DNA from: the human T2T-CHM13v2.0 reference genome, Homo sapiens | NCBI RefSeq assembly: GCF_009914755.1 | Contig: NC_060936.1 | Direction: 5' to 3' (one strand) | DNA: 64,000 nt | Shown: piece by piece, positions 17,957 to 31,600 of the stretch | Layout of the letters: the number at the start of each line of letters is the position of its first letter | Numbering within the stretch: the stretch's first letter is position 1 | Notes under the pieces: generated by a model | What the model saw: only the letters and a program-made list of their open reading frames with translations | What the model was told of the DNA's origin: nothing | Database searches by the model: none | Position numbers and translations under genes: made by a program

Positions 17957-18098
17957 AGGTCCCCGACTGCAGGGTCAGGACCACAACCAGGGGGCTGATA
18001 ACCAGATGCAGACAGTTGAGGGGCCGTTTCCAGTTCTGGTCATCCTTGTCCGGGTCCACGACGGGGACTGTGAGGAGCAGCAGGAACTCCACAGGCAG
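17957..18098 (-). CDS. SLC8B1: SLC8B1 exon 11: LPVEFLLLLT...LTLQSGT
   Basis: ttgacag|CTG...ACCT|gtgagt; 142 nt. Confidence 0.96.
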
Positions 18099-18229
18099 CT
18101 GTCAAGGGGGCAAAAGTGGGAGGGTGTCGGCAGGGAAGTCTGAATCCCAGCCGGCCACAGATGGACTTCAGTGACTCAAGAGCTCGGCCGTTCATTGCTG
18201 AAGCACTGACTGTGTGCGGGTTCCAGGCT

Positions 18230-18955
18230 AAGTGCCTGGTTGCCTCTGGCTACTGGGACAAATGACCACAAACAGTGACTGTCAATAGCACAGATGTATT
18301 CTTGGACAGTTCTGGAGGGCAGAAGTCCTGAAGTCAAGTTGTCAGCAGGGTTGTTCCTTCTGGAAGCTCTAGGGGAGACTGAGGGTCCTTCCAGCTTCCA
18401 GGAGCCACCTGCCTTCCAGGCCCCACATCATTCCACCCTGTGCTCCTGTCGCCACTTCTCAGTCTCTGACTCTGACCCTCCTGCCTCCCTCTTTCCTTGT
18501 GCCAACCCCTGTGATGACACTGGGCCCACTGGATAAGCCAGGCTCATCTCAGATCTTTAATGATGGCTGGATGCGGTGGCTCACGCCTGTAATCCCAGCA
18601 CTTTAGGAGGCCGAGGCGGGCGGATCACGAGGTCAGGAGATTGAGACCATCCTGGCTAACACGGTGAAACCCCGTCTCTACTAAAAATACAAAAAATTAG
18701 CCAGGCGTGGTGGCGGGCGCCTATAGTCCCAGCTACTCAGGAGGCTGAGGCAGGAGAATGGCGTGAACCCGGGAGGTGGAGCTTGCAGTGAGCCGAGACC
18801 GCGCCACTGCACACTCCAGCCTGGGCAATAGAGCGAAACTCTGTCTCAAAAAAAAAAAAAAGATCTTTAATCACATCTGCAAAGGCCCTTCTACCATAAA
18901 GGTAACATACTCCCAGGTTCCAGGGGTTAGGATATGGATGTCTTTAGGGGCCACT
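18230..18955 (-). mobile_element. MaLR LTR (MLT1-type) interrupted by an AluY (18565-18860, +)
   Basis: MLT1 motifs on both sides; AluY diagnostics (GGATCACGAGGTC, GGAGAATGGCGTGAACCC); AGATCTTTAAT duplicated at 18551 and 18861. Confidence 0.75.
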
Positions 18956-19147
18956 AGAGGGCAGAGCCCCAGGTCAAGCCATCAGCCAAGCTCCACGCCT
19001 CAGTTTCCCCATCAAATCACAAGTCATGTATTCTGAGAGGGTCTCAGTGGACCCCAGGCCCTCCCCCTCGTAGAGCTGGAGAGGGTAGCGTGGCCACTGT
19101 CTTGCTGCTGTCAGAAGGCTGTGAGCCTGGCTCCAGGACCCTCCTAC

Positions 19148-19278
19148 CTTGAACACCTTGAGGGCTTTCCAGTATGCTGATTTCCTTCTCCACTTCATGT
19201 AATCCAGGGGATTGAGGGCCCGGACCAGGATCTGAGCCGTGGTCTCCTGGTAGAAGAACAGCGGCCGGTACTCATCAC
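19148..19278 (-). CDS. SLC8B1: SLC8B1 exon 10: (G)DEYRPLFFYQ...WKALKVFK
   Basis: cacacag|GT...AAG|gtagga; 131 nt. Confidence 0.96.
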
Positions 19279-19563
19279 CTGTGTGCAGGGGTCGGGTGGT
19301 GAGGTGTGCCTGCGGCTGACTTGCTCTCCAGGAAACCTTCCCCGCTCCATCCCACCAGTCCTCCCAGCCCTAAAGGAGGAGACAAAGCCCAGTACTCGGC
19401 AGAGGGCAGACAACCCTGGCCCTTGGCTCACCTGAGCTGCAGTGAGAGGTGGGGCCGATTTGGAGCCTCATTCCTGGAGCCCAGGTCTTGGAGGGCCCCA
19501 TCTTTCCACCCCCAGCCTTTCCCTGTTACCGCCACCCTGGCTGGGCACAGGGCACGGACTCAC

Positions 19564-19623
19564 CGTAGTCATAGCTGTTGGTATTAGAAGATACCCGGTC
19601 CTCCTCGGAGTCTGAGAGGATCT
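19564..19623 (-). CDS. SLC8B1: SLC8B1 exon 9: (E)ILSDSEEDRVSSNTNSYDY
   Basis: cctgcag|AG...TACG|gtgagt; 60 nt. Confidence 0.95.
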
Positions 19624-19733
19624 CTGCAGGAGAGAGGCCCAGTTACATACAGAACCCAGACCATTTTCGAGGGGGCACACTGGGACAGAGCAGGTTTAGG
19701 GGTGCAAGTGTTCAGGCCATCTTATTTACTTAG

Positions 19734-19877
<144 letters not shown>

Positions 19878-20332
19878 TAATTTTTAAAAATTTTAGAGAT
19901 GGGGTCTTGCTATGTTGGCCTGGCTGGTCTCAAACTCCTGGCCTCAGCAGTCCACCCGCCTCAGCTTCCCAAAGTGATGGCATTACAGGCATGAGCCACT
20001 GCGCCCGGCCACGTCCAGGCTGTCTTTATTTTGGATTTCTAGCAGTCTGCATGCGTGCTCAGGGATTCTTACACAGTGAAAGTCTAATTCACCAAACATG
20101 GCCAAATGTAAGCATGCAGCTATAATGCTAAAGTTAATAGGGGCATCTGAAGGCACAACTCAAACATTTATTGACTTCAGTGTTGTCCTTTTCAGAATCT
20201 GGAACCCATACTATTTTTCTCTTCTCAGGAGGCCTGTGGATGCTGAGAGGCCTGGGACCTGTATGGAGGGGCCTGAAAGGAAAATGGCCCTCCTCGAGTG
20301 AGGAGTTAGCTCTCGCCCTGATTCTGCTGCTG

Positions 20333-21212
20333 AGTGTGTTGTGTGTGTTATCTATGTATGTGCATGTATTTATGTGTGTGTGCATGTATTTGTATATGTG
20401 TGTTGTGTATGTGAGTGTATTTGTGTGTGTGCATGTATTTGTGTGTATTGTGTATGTGAGTGCATGAATTTGTGTATGTGTATGCTGCATGTTTGTGTGC
20501 ATTGATGTTTTTGTGTTGTGTATGGCATGCATGTATGTGTATGTTGCATGTGTGTGCATGTATCTCTGTTGCAGGTGTATCCTGTGTCTATACACATTTG
20601 TGTGTTGTGTGAGCATGTATTTATGTGTGTTGCATGTGTGTGCACATATTTGTATGCATGTGCATGCATCTGTATGTGTTGCATGTGTGCATATATTTGT
20701 GTCTGTTGTATGTGTGCGCATGTTTGTATAAGTGTGTTGTGTATCTGTGTATGTTGTATATGTGTGCATGCATGTTTTGTGTTGCAGATGTGTATGCATG
20801 TATGTGTTGCACATGTATGTGCATGTATTCATATATGTGTTGTATGTACACATTTGTGTGTGTGTTGTGTATTTGTGTTGTGTGTGCATGTATTTGTGTT
20901 GCATGTGTGTGAGCATGTATTTGTGTATGTGCGCATGCATGCATCTGTATATATGTTGCATGTGTGTGCATGTACTCCTATGTGTTGTGTGTGTTGTATA
21001 TGTGTGCATGTATTTGTGTGTGTGCATATATTTGTATGTGTGTTGTGTGTATACACGTATGTGTATGTGTTGTATGTGTGCATGTATTTGTGTGCATGTA
21101 CATGTGTGAGTTGTGTGTGTGCATGTATGTGTATGTGTGCATGTATTTGTATATGTGTGAGTTGTGTATTTGTGTATGTGTGTTGTGTGCATGTATTTGT
21201 GTATATGACTGT
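20333..21212. repeat. ~880-bp degenerate (TG/TA/TGCA) alternating purine-pyrimidine tract
   Basis: Continuous TGTGTGCATGTAT-like units; source of the spurious His/Thr and Cys/Val ORFs. Confidence 0.95.
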
Positions 21213-21581
21213 ATTTGAATATTATTGATTTCTTTGTATTTATTTTTTATTTCTCAGTGTCCCTGTCACGGCAGCGTTTGTGTTTTACCCTGAGAATGGT
21301 GGGAAACATCAGGGCAGGGAGCAGTGGCGATTCTTAGAGAGATGGCCCTGGCAACTGCATAGAGAGAAGGAAGGAGTGCACTTGAGCCTGCAGGTGATGC
21401 AGAGGCTCATGGGTACCAGTGGAAGCACGGAGGCGGGACCTCAGCAGAATGAGTAGAAAGAGCATGAAGAGGAGATGAGCTTGGTGGGGACAATGGCCTC
21501 AGGAGACCCTGGGCAGCACTGAAGGGCACAGAGGCCCCCAGTCCCCACTGGTCCTCTCTGGGGTCCGATGCAGACTCTTAC

Positions 21582-21689
21582 CTGGAGTAACTGGCATGGG
21601 GCAGAACAGAGATCCTCTCCGTTGCCGTTGGTAGATCCAGGTGCAGAGAATCACAGTGACCACATAGAACACATACAAGCCCAGGTAAC
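21582..21689 (-). CDS. SLC8B1: SLC8B1 exon 8: (G)YLGLYVFYVV...QRQRRGSLFCPMPVTP; contains the RRGS258 PKA site
   Basis: tctgcag|GT...CCAG|gtaaga; 108 nt; counting from the ATG puts the Ser codon (21610-21612) at residue 258. Confidence 0.96.
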
Positions 21690-22603
21690 CTGCAGACGGG
21701 GTGCACGCCGTCACCAAGTGGTGTCCTGGTGCAGGTCTAGAGAACAACAGCTGGCAGTTCTATCAGTGGTGCGTGTTAGCGGTGGCAATCTGTGTTAGCC
21801 CATCCAGGTACCAGTGGGTAAATGGCCTTTTCCTTGAGCTCCCCACTCCTTCCTCCTGCCTTCCAGGACCATCTCCCTTCCTGTCTCCCTTGCAATCAAG
21901 GAGGTAATACCCAAGCACAGCGAGAGACCTCCAGGTCCCCATTCAAGTACTAAGGGTCGGTGTCCTGCTCTGTGCCCTGGGAGGAGGCAGCCCTGTAGCT
22001 CTGGCTACAGCTAGGTTCAGCCAATGGGAGGCCAGACAGGAAATCAGAAGCAGCGGGAGAGACTCTGGAGTCTTTCTTCCTACTCCCTCCCTGTTGCGTG
22101 TCTCTGGCAGGGCTTGCAACCCTCTTCAGTATAGCTCCAGGCCTCCAGCCCTCCAACTCTCACTGGGCTCCACCACCCCCTTCCCTGCCCCTGCTGCCAC
22201 GAGGGATGAGTGCGTTCGCAGCTCCCATTGTTGCTGGCCCCTGAGTATCTCGAATCTCGGTTTCCCTTGCTGGTTTCATTTTCCTTCTGTACAAATTGTC
22301 CCTCCATTCATACCCCTTGAGCCGTCTGAATGGAACATGTTTGCTGTCACGATCCGGGTGGCCCCAGTTAGCGTCCCATCTTTACTGCTTGTTAAAATTG
22401 GAAATTATGAAACTTTCTTTTTTTTGAGACAGAGTCTTGCTCTGTTGCCCAGGCTGGAGTGCCATGGCACAATCATGGGTCACTGCAGTCTCGAACTCCT
22501 AGGCTCAAGGGATCCTCCTGCCGTAGCTTCCAGAGTAGCTGGGGCCACAGGAATGCACCACCACCATGCCCAGCTAAGTTTTTTCTTTTTTGTAGAGATG
22601 TAG

Positions 22604-22777
<174 letters not shown>

Positions 22778-22948
22778 TGACCCACATGTTCCCATTTTTG
22801 CTCAAGCCAGCTTGAGGAGGGTTTCTGTCACTTGTAATCAAATCAAAGCCCCCACTGACCACCCCTCACACCTCTCTGTCCCAGGCACCTCCTAAACCTC
22901 CTGCCCATCAGCCCTGGGATCTCACGCCTGAGCCCCAGAGCTGCTCAC

Positions 22949-23116
22949 CCAGAGCCCATGCCAGGGTGACCCTGCCACGGAAGAGCATGAGGAAGGTCAG
23001 GAACACAGCCACCATGTAGAAAACGATGTCCCTGAAGAAGGGCCTGGAGGCAGCCATGAAGGGGTGTAGGATGGTAATGCCTCCGGCCACCACTGTGGTA
23101 ACCAGCACGCCAGCGC
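22949..23116 (-). CDS. SLC8B1: SLC8B1 exon 7: (G)AGVLVTTVVA...RVTLAWAL
   Basis: ccccag|GC...CTGG|gtgagc; 168 nt, symmetric phase 1-1. Confidence 0.96.
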
Positions 23117-23198
23117 CTGGGGGGAGGAGGCCAGAGCTCAGCCACCCTGCACCCTCTCCTGCTGCTTTCCCCGCCCCCCTCACTGGGGCTGCTCTCAC

Positions 23199-23304
23199 CA
23201 AACAGTGCCCCAAGGGCCAGGCCGGCTGTGTGCGGGTCAGAGAAGGCCACCAGGGCACTGAAGATGTCAGGTGCACCATTCCCAAATGCCAGGAAGGTGA
23301 CGCC
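23199..23304 (-). CDS. SLC8B1: SLC8B1 exon 6: GVTFLAFGNGAPD...LGALF (alpha-1 repeat)
   Basis: 106 nt; donor TTTG|gtgaga; acceptor is non-canonical (cacat|GGC). Confidence 0.93.
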
Positions 23305-23467
23305 ATGTGGGGAGCATGTCAAGGCGGGCCAGGATCGCAGCTGCAGCCCACCCAGGCCTTCGACCCTATCCCCCAGCTTCCCCACACGGGGATAGACATG
23401 ACCCTATCTCCCAGCCTCCCCACAACTGCCCTCCCTCCAGGGTGCAGGACACTGGACAAAAGGATAC
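23305..23467 (-). other. U12-type (minor) intron with GT-AT termini (intron 5, 163 nt)
   Basis: 5' splice site GTATCCTTTT; branch CCTTGAC at 23318-23324 (A at -15); the reading frame HNVA|GVTF requires the intron to end ...CCCCACAT. Confidence 0.88.
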
Positions 23468-23525
23468 TGCCACGTTGTGGGAGAGCTTCAGTGTGGTAGA
23501 AATGGCCGACAAGTTGGGGCAGAAA
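23468..23525 (-). CDS. SLC8B1: SLC8B1 exon 5: (F)FCPNLSAISTTLKLSHNVA
   Basis: ctccgtag|TTTC...GCA|gtatcctt; 58 nt. Confidence 0.95.
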
Positions 23526-23673
23526 CTACGGAGAAAAAGCGGACGGGAAGCATTTCCGTAGTAACCGGCCCCGGACCCCTATCCTTCCCCCAAACTGAGG
23601 GTGACCGAATGTCAGCCTCCTGGGACCCCTCCTCCCATTGATAAGCCAGACCGGAGCCCAGAGCCAAACTCAC

Positions 23674-23726
23674 AACTTGGCTGCGGTGACTCCCAGAATC
23701 AGAAACAGGTAGAGCAGCCAGGAAAC
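23674..23726 (-). CDS. SLC8B1: SLC8B1 exon 4: VSWLLYLFLILGVTAAK
   Basis: cccag|GTT...AAGTT|gtgagt; 53 nt. Confidence 0.95.
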
Positions 23727-23813
23727 CTGGGTGGGGAGCGGGCGAGGAAGGGAGAGTCAAGTCCAGCTGGAGACACCAGCCCCTCTCACCAGCCCCCCAG
23801 GGCAGGGCCTCAC

Positions 23814-23966
23814 GTAGAGAGTGACAGCCAGAGGGAGGAGGCTGGGAGGGAAGTGGCAGAAGATGCCTTCCAGGTAGTCCAGGTACCCCCCATCACTGTG
23901 GCAGTCAGGGTTGGTCCGGATGAAGTCACAGCGGTCAGAGACATTCAGGCCACACACCTTGCGGCA
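23814..23966 (-). CDS. SLC8B1: SLC8B1 exon 3: CRKVCGLNVS...LPLAVTLY
   Basis: cctgcag|TGC...TAC|gtgagg; 153 nt. Confidence 0.96.
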
Positions 23967-26004
23967 CTGCAGGAAGACAGGGAGGGGGACATCAGCGGCA
24001 GAGACTTCCCTGAGAACTAGACTAGGCCCATCTAAGCAGCTAAACATAATGTCCCTTCAGCCTGGTCTCCAAGGCCACCATACCCTCTGGGTGCCAACTA
24101 TGGATGCACTTTTAATTTTAAAAATAAACGTCTGCTTGAAATTGACATAAGTAATTCATGAATACATATTTGTTTTTTAAAAAAACCAATACATAAGATT
24201 TCTAAATTCCGCTTTCTTATCCCTGCCCTCCGTAAATCCCCCTCTCCAGTGGTCCCACCATAATTAGTTTGAAGCACATCCTTACAGACATTTCTCAGAT
24301 CAATTATATTTGTATATATATCCTATTACACACTTTGTTTTGTTTAACAGAAATGGATCCATCCCAAATCTCTTGTTTCTATAATTTGCTTTTACCATTA
24401 TATATATATATATATTAATATACCTTAATATACAGAATTTGAAACATACTATAGTGATTTCTATATGCAAAGCATAGTGCTAAGAGCTTAAAATGTATCT
24501 CAATTAATCTGTACAATAATTCTATGATGGCTGGGGGCAGTGGCTCATGCCTATAATCCCAGCACTTTGGGAGGTTGAGGTGGGAGGATTGCTTGAACCC
24601 AGGATTTCAAGACCAGCCTGGACAACATAGCAAGACCCCATCTCTGCAAAAAAATAAAATAAAAAATTAGGTAGGCATGGTGATGTGCACTTGTAGTCCC
24701 AGCTACTCAGGAGACTGAGGTGGGAGGATCACCTGAGCCCAGGAGGTTGAGGCTGCAATACTGCATTTAGCTTGGGGAATAGAATGAGATCTTGTCTCAA
24801 AAAAAAAAAATATGTATCTCAATTACTCTGCACAACAGTCTGCGAGGAAGGAACTATTATCATGCCCATTAAACAGTTAAGGAGACTGAGACAATGTCCG
24901 TGTGCACTCAGTGGGAGGGTCAAGGTTGGAACCCAGGCAGTTTTAGGCTCTAGGGCCCACTGTTCTCCCCTGCCTCCCCACAGAGTCTTTCACTGCAGCA
25001 GAGTATTTCATACTATGGGTGATACATCACTGAGGTAAACATTTCCCTACTGGGCATTTGGGTATGCCTAGTTTTTCAATATAGCCAATGAGCTTCCTCA
25101 CACATGACTCTCTGAGCACATATGAGAAAAATGTTGTCAGAGAAGATTTGAGAAGAGAAAGTGCTGAATCAGAGGGTATCCTGGTCTGGGTTCCTCCAGA
25201 AGCTGACTCAGAGACAAAGATTGAGATGGACATAGTATGTTTGGGAGACCTGAGGAACACAAACATAGAGAAAGGGAAGTGGGCCCGGGTGTGGTGGCTC
25301 ACGCCTGTAACTGTAGCATTTTGGGAGGCCAAGGCTGCAGGATCACTTGACCTCAGGAGTTCGAGACCAGCCTGGGCAACATGACAAAACTCCATCTCTA
25401 CAAAAAATACAAAAAAAACTAGCCGGGCTTGGTGGCATACGCCTGTAGTCCCAACTACTCAGGAGGAGGAGGTGGGAGGAGCACCTGAGCCTGGAAGTTC
25501 AAGGTTGCAGAGAGCTATGATTGTACCACTGCAGTCCAGCCTGGGTGACAGAGTGAGACCCTGTCTCAAAAGAAAAAAATAAAAGAAATAGGAGAAAAGA
25601 AGTGGTACAGAGAAGGGATAGCTGCCAACGAAGGCTGGGTTGAGCCAGTTACCACCACCATGAGCTTAATCAGGAGGCAAGGGAGCTGGGATATTTATAC
25701 ACCAACTCTCATCAGCCATTGGGTGAGGACTGCTAGATGGAGGTTTTAGTTCCCCAGCACCTCTAGCCTACTATGCTTATAAGTGGTTCTAGAACAATAA
25801 ACTGGCAACTGGAAGTCAACAAAAGCCCACCAAAATAGTACAGTCCAAAAGAAATGCTCAAGGCCCTGACAAGGGATCTTCAACATTGCTAGATTTTGCC
25901 AAAATGCCCTGGCCAAGCTCTACCTACATACACTCCCACCAGGAATGGGAAATAAGCAATTCTCATAAGCCTGCACCCACATTGGCTATGAGCAGCCTTA
26001 TTCA

Positions 26005-26350
<346 letters not shown>

Positions 26351-26972
26351 CTAAGACAGTAAATTTTAGGTTATGTGTATTTCATTATAATTTTTTAAAA
26401 GCTTTGTCAAACCACAGTTCCACCTCCTCCACAAGCCCTCTCTGAACTCCCACTAACACCAGACTGGAAGTGAGATTTCTTATCTCTGAGCCTCTGGCCT
26501 TCTCACCAATTTTTGCTAAGAGCTCTACCCACCCATACAGTATCCCCTGAGCAGAGACTGAAACCCCCAGCCCTGCCCCAACCCCTCAATCTTTCTACAG
26601 TGTCCTGTCCTCAGAAAGCACATGCCAGCTGGGAAGATGAAATCTGTGGCCAGGTAAACTGGCTCACACCTGTAATCCCAACACTTTGGGAGGCTGAGGC
26701 AGGAGGATCGCTTAAGCCCAGGAGTTTGAGACCAACTTGGGTAACATAGTAAGACCCCATTGCTACAAAAAAATTTAAAAATGAGCCAGGCATGGTGGCA
26801 CACGCCTGTGGTTCCAGCTACTTCAGAGGCTGAGGTGAGAGGATTGCTTGAGTCTGGGAGGTTGAGGCTGCAGTGAGCTATGATGGCACCACTGCTCTCC
26901 AGCCTGGGTGACAGAGCAAGCCTGTCTCAAAAAAAAACAAACAAACAAAAAAAAAAACTTTTCTTTTTTTGA

Positions 26973-27152
<180 letters not shown>

Positions 27153-27448
27153 TAGCTGGGACTACAGGTGCCCACCGACACGCCCGGCTAAGTTTTGTAT
27201 TTTTAGTAGAAATGGGGTTTCACCACGTTGGCCAGGCTGGTCTCAAACTTCTGACCTCAAGTGATCTACCTGCCTTGGCCTCCCAGAGTGCTAGGATTAC
27301 AGGTGTGAGCCACTGCGCCCAGCCCCTTTTTTTTCCTTTGAGACAGAGTCTCACTCTGTCGCCTAGGCTGGAGTGCAGTAGAGCAATCTTGGCTCACTGC
27401 AACCTCCACCTCCTGGGTTCAAGTGATTCTCCTGCCTCAGCCACCTGA

Positions 27449-27688
<240 letters not shown>

Positions 27689-27893
27689 TAAAATGGGACT
27701 AATTATACCAACCCCATTGATAAAAGAATCAAATGAGATTACAGGTGTTCAAATTTGCCCTCCTCAGAGACTTTCCATGTAAAGTAGTTATTACCCCTAT
27801 CTCCACTATTAATACCCAGTTTTCTGCATTCACAGCAGTTATCACAATCTTTATTTTGTTCATTTCCTTGTTTACTGAATTTTATTATTTTAG

Positions 27894-28154
<261 letters not shown>

Positions 28155-28183
28155 TAGGCGTGAACCACCAAACCTGGCCTTAA

Positions 28184-28417
<234 letters not shown>

Positions 28418-28647
28418 TGATCCACCCGCCTCGGCCTCCCAAAGTGCTGGGATTACAGGCGTGAGCCACCGCGCCCAGCCCTGAATTTTTTTTGTCTGCA
28501 TTCTTGTATTTGCCCTGAGCCTGGCCTGTAGTAGGGGCTTAATACATTTGTGTTAATGGCTGCTTGAATGACTAAGTGATTTTGTGTAGCCTTTCCAACA
28601 CTCCTGCGAGGCAAATGGAATGATTCCCCTTTAACATATGGGTAAGC

Positions 28648-29495
28648 CAAGGGTCAGCAAACTTCGGCCCCTGGACCACATCCAGCCCACCATCTGGTTA
28701 TGCACAGCCTGCAAGCCAAGAATGATTCTTACATTTTTAAATGGTTGGGAGACATAAATCAAAAGAAGAATTTTCCATGACATGTAAAATTATATAAAAC
28801 TCAAGTTTCCATTTCCATAAATATTTACTGGGGCACAGCCACACCCATTCGTTGATGTACAATCTGTGGCTACTCAGGCACTGTGAGAGCAGTGAGTAGT
28901 TGTAGAAACCATGTAGCCCACAAAGCTGAAAATATTTACTGTCTAGCTCTTATTCTATTCTTTCTTTCTTTTCTTTTTTCTTTTTTATTTACTTATTTAT
29001 TTTGAGACGGAGTCTTACTCTGTTGCCCAGGCTGAAGTACAGTGGTGAGATCTCAGCTCACTGCAACCTTTGCCTCCTGGGTTCAAATTATTATCCTGCC
29101 TCAGCCTCTGGAGGAGCTGGGATCACAGATATGTGCCACCACGCCTGGCTGATTTTTTTATTTTTAGTAGAGATGGGGTTTCACCATGTTGGCCAGGCTA
29201 GTCTCAAACTCCTGGCCTCAAGTGATCCACCAGCCTCCGCCTCCCAAAGTGCTGGGATTACAGGTGTGAGCACTGTGACTGGCCTCTTTTCTTTCTCTCT
29301 CTTTTTTTTTTTTTGAGACAAGGTCTCACTGTTGCCCAGGCTGGAGTGCAGAAGCATGATTATAGCTCACTGCAGCCTCAAACTCTTAGGCTTAAGGAAT
29401 TCCCCCGACTTCAACCTCCCAAGTGGCTGGAGCTACAAATGTGAGCCCACAACCCGGCCCTACTATCTGGCTCTTTACAGAAAGTCTGTGCCCCA
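28648..29495 (+). mobile_element. MER58-like hAT DNA transposon interrupted by Alus
   Basis: Start GGGTCAGCAAACT; TACT(G/A)TCT(A/G)GCTCTT duplicated around the Alu block; end TTTACAGAAAGTCTG. Confidence 0.7.
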
Positions 29496-29978
29496 GGCTG
29501 GAGTGATGGTGTGCACATCCCAACCCAGGCTTGGGAATCTCCATCAACTATTCCCACCAAAACATGCAGATGCAAGTCTCAAGTTTCTGTCCTGAGCTTC
29601 CCTTATCCCATCCCCAGCTCCCACCCAAAAGCAACAGTCAGGCTGGGCTCCTTCCATACTGGGAGGGGGAGGGTTTCAGTCTTGCCCTAAGCCTGGGCCT
29701 GTGGCTTTGCTGGGGCCCAGGAATTTCCCAGGGAGATAAAGTCACCCAAGGGGTTTCTGACAAAGAGGGTCCCACCCAGCACAAGGAGGAAGGACACTAG
29801 ATGGGGGCCAGGGAAGCAGGCGGGCTGCCATTTCCTCCTCTGGGAGGAACAATAATAATCATATTGGGAGGCAGTACAGCTCCCTCTACTGAGCCCTCCT
29901 CTCTCATGAAACTGCCTGGTTGAAATTCTAATTTGCGTCCTTCTAGGTGAGTGATTTTGGGCAAGTAAATTAACCTCA

Positions 29979-30630
<652 letters not shown>

Positions 30631-30641
30631 CTAAGTTTTAA

Positions 30642-30773
<132 letters not shown>

Positions 30774-31156
30774 TGAGTAGCTGGCACCACAGGTGCGCAT
30801 CACACGAGGCTAATTTTTAAATTTTTTGTTGAGAAGGGGTCTCGCCTTGTTGGCCAGGCTAGTCTCAAACTCCTGGGCTCAAGTGATCCTCCCGCCTCGG
30901 CCTTCCAACGTGCTGGGATTACACAGGTGGGCCACCAAGCCTGGCCAGAAATTTTTCTCTCTTAAACAATACTTGAATTCATCCCTTCCTTCCATCTCCA
31001 CCAGCACGGAGAACAACTGCAGAGGTTCTCATCTGGCCTCCTACCCCCAATCTTACCAGAGGGGCTCTTTCTAATGTGCTCCCTCCTCCAGCTGCTGAAG
31101 AGCTCTCCTTTGCCTGTTTTTGGTCCCTGTGTTCTGCCCTTGTCAGTCTCCAGTAA

Positions 31157-31600
<444 letters not shown>

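Noticed and set aside
20134-21228. 352-aa His/Thr-rich and 236-aa Cys/Val-rich ORFs
   Set aside because: Translations of the TG/CA low-complexity tract, open in several frames on both strands
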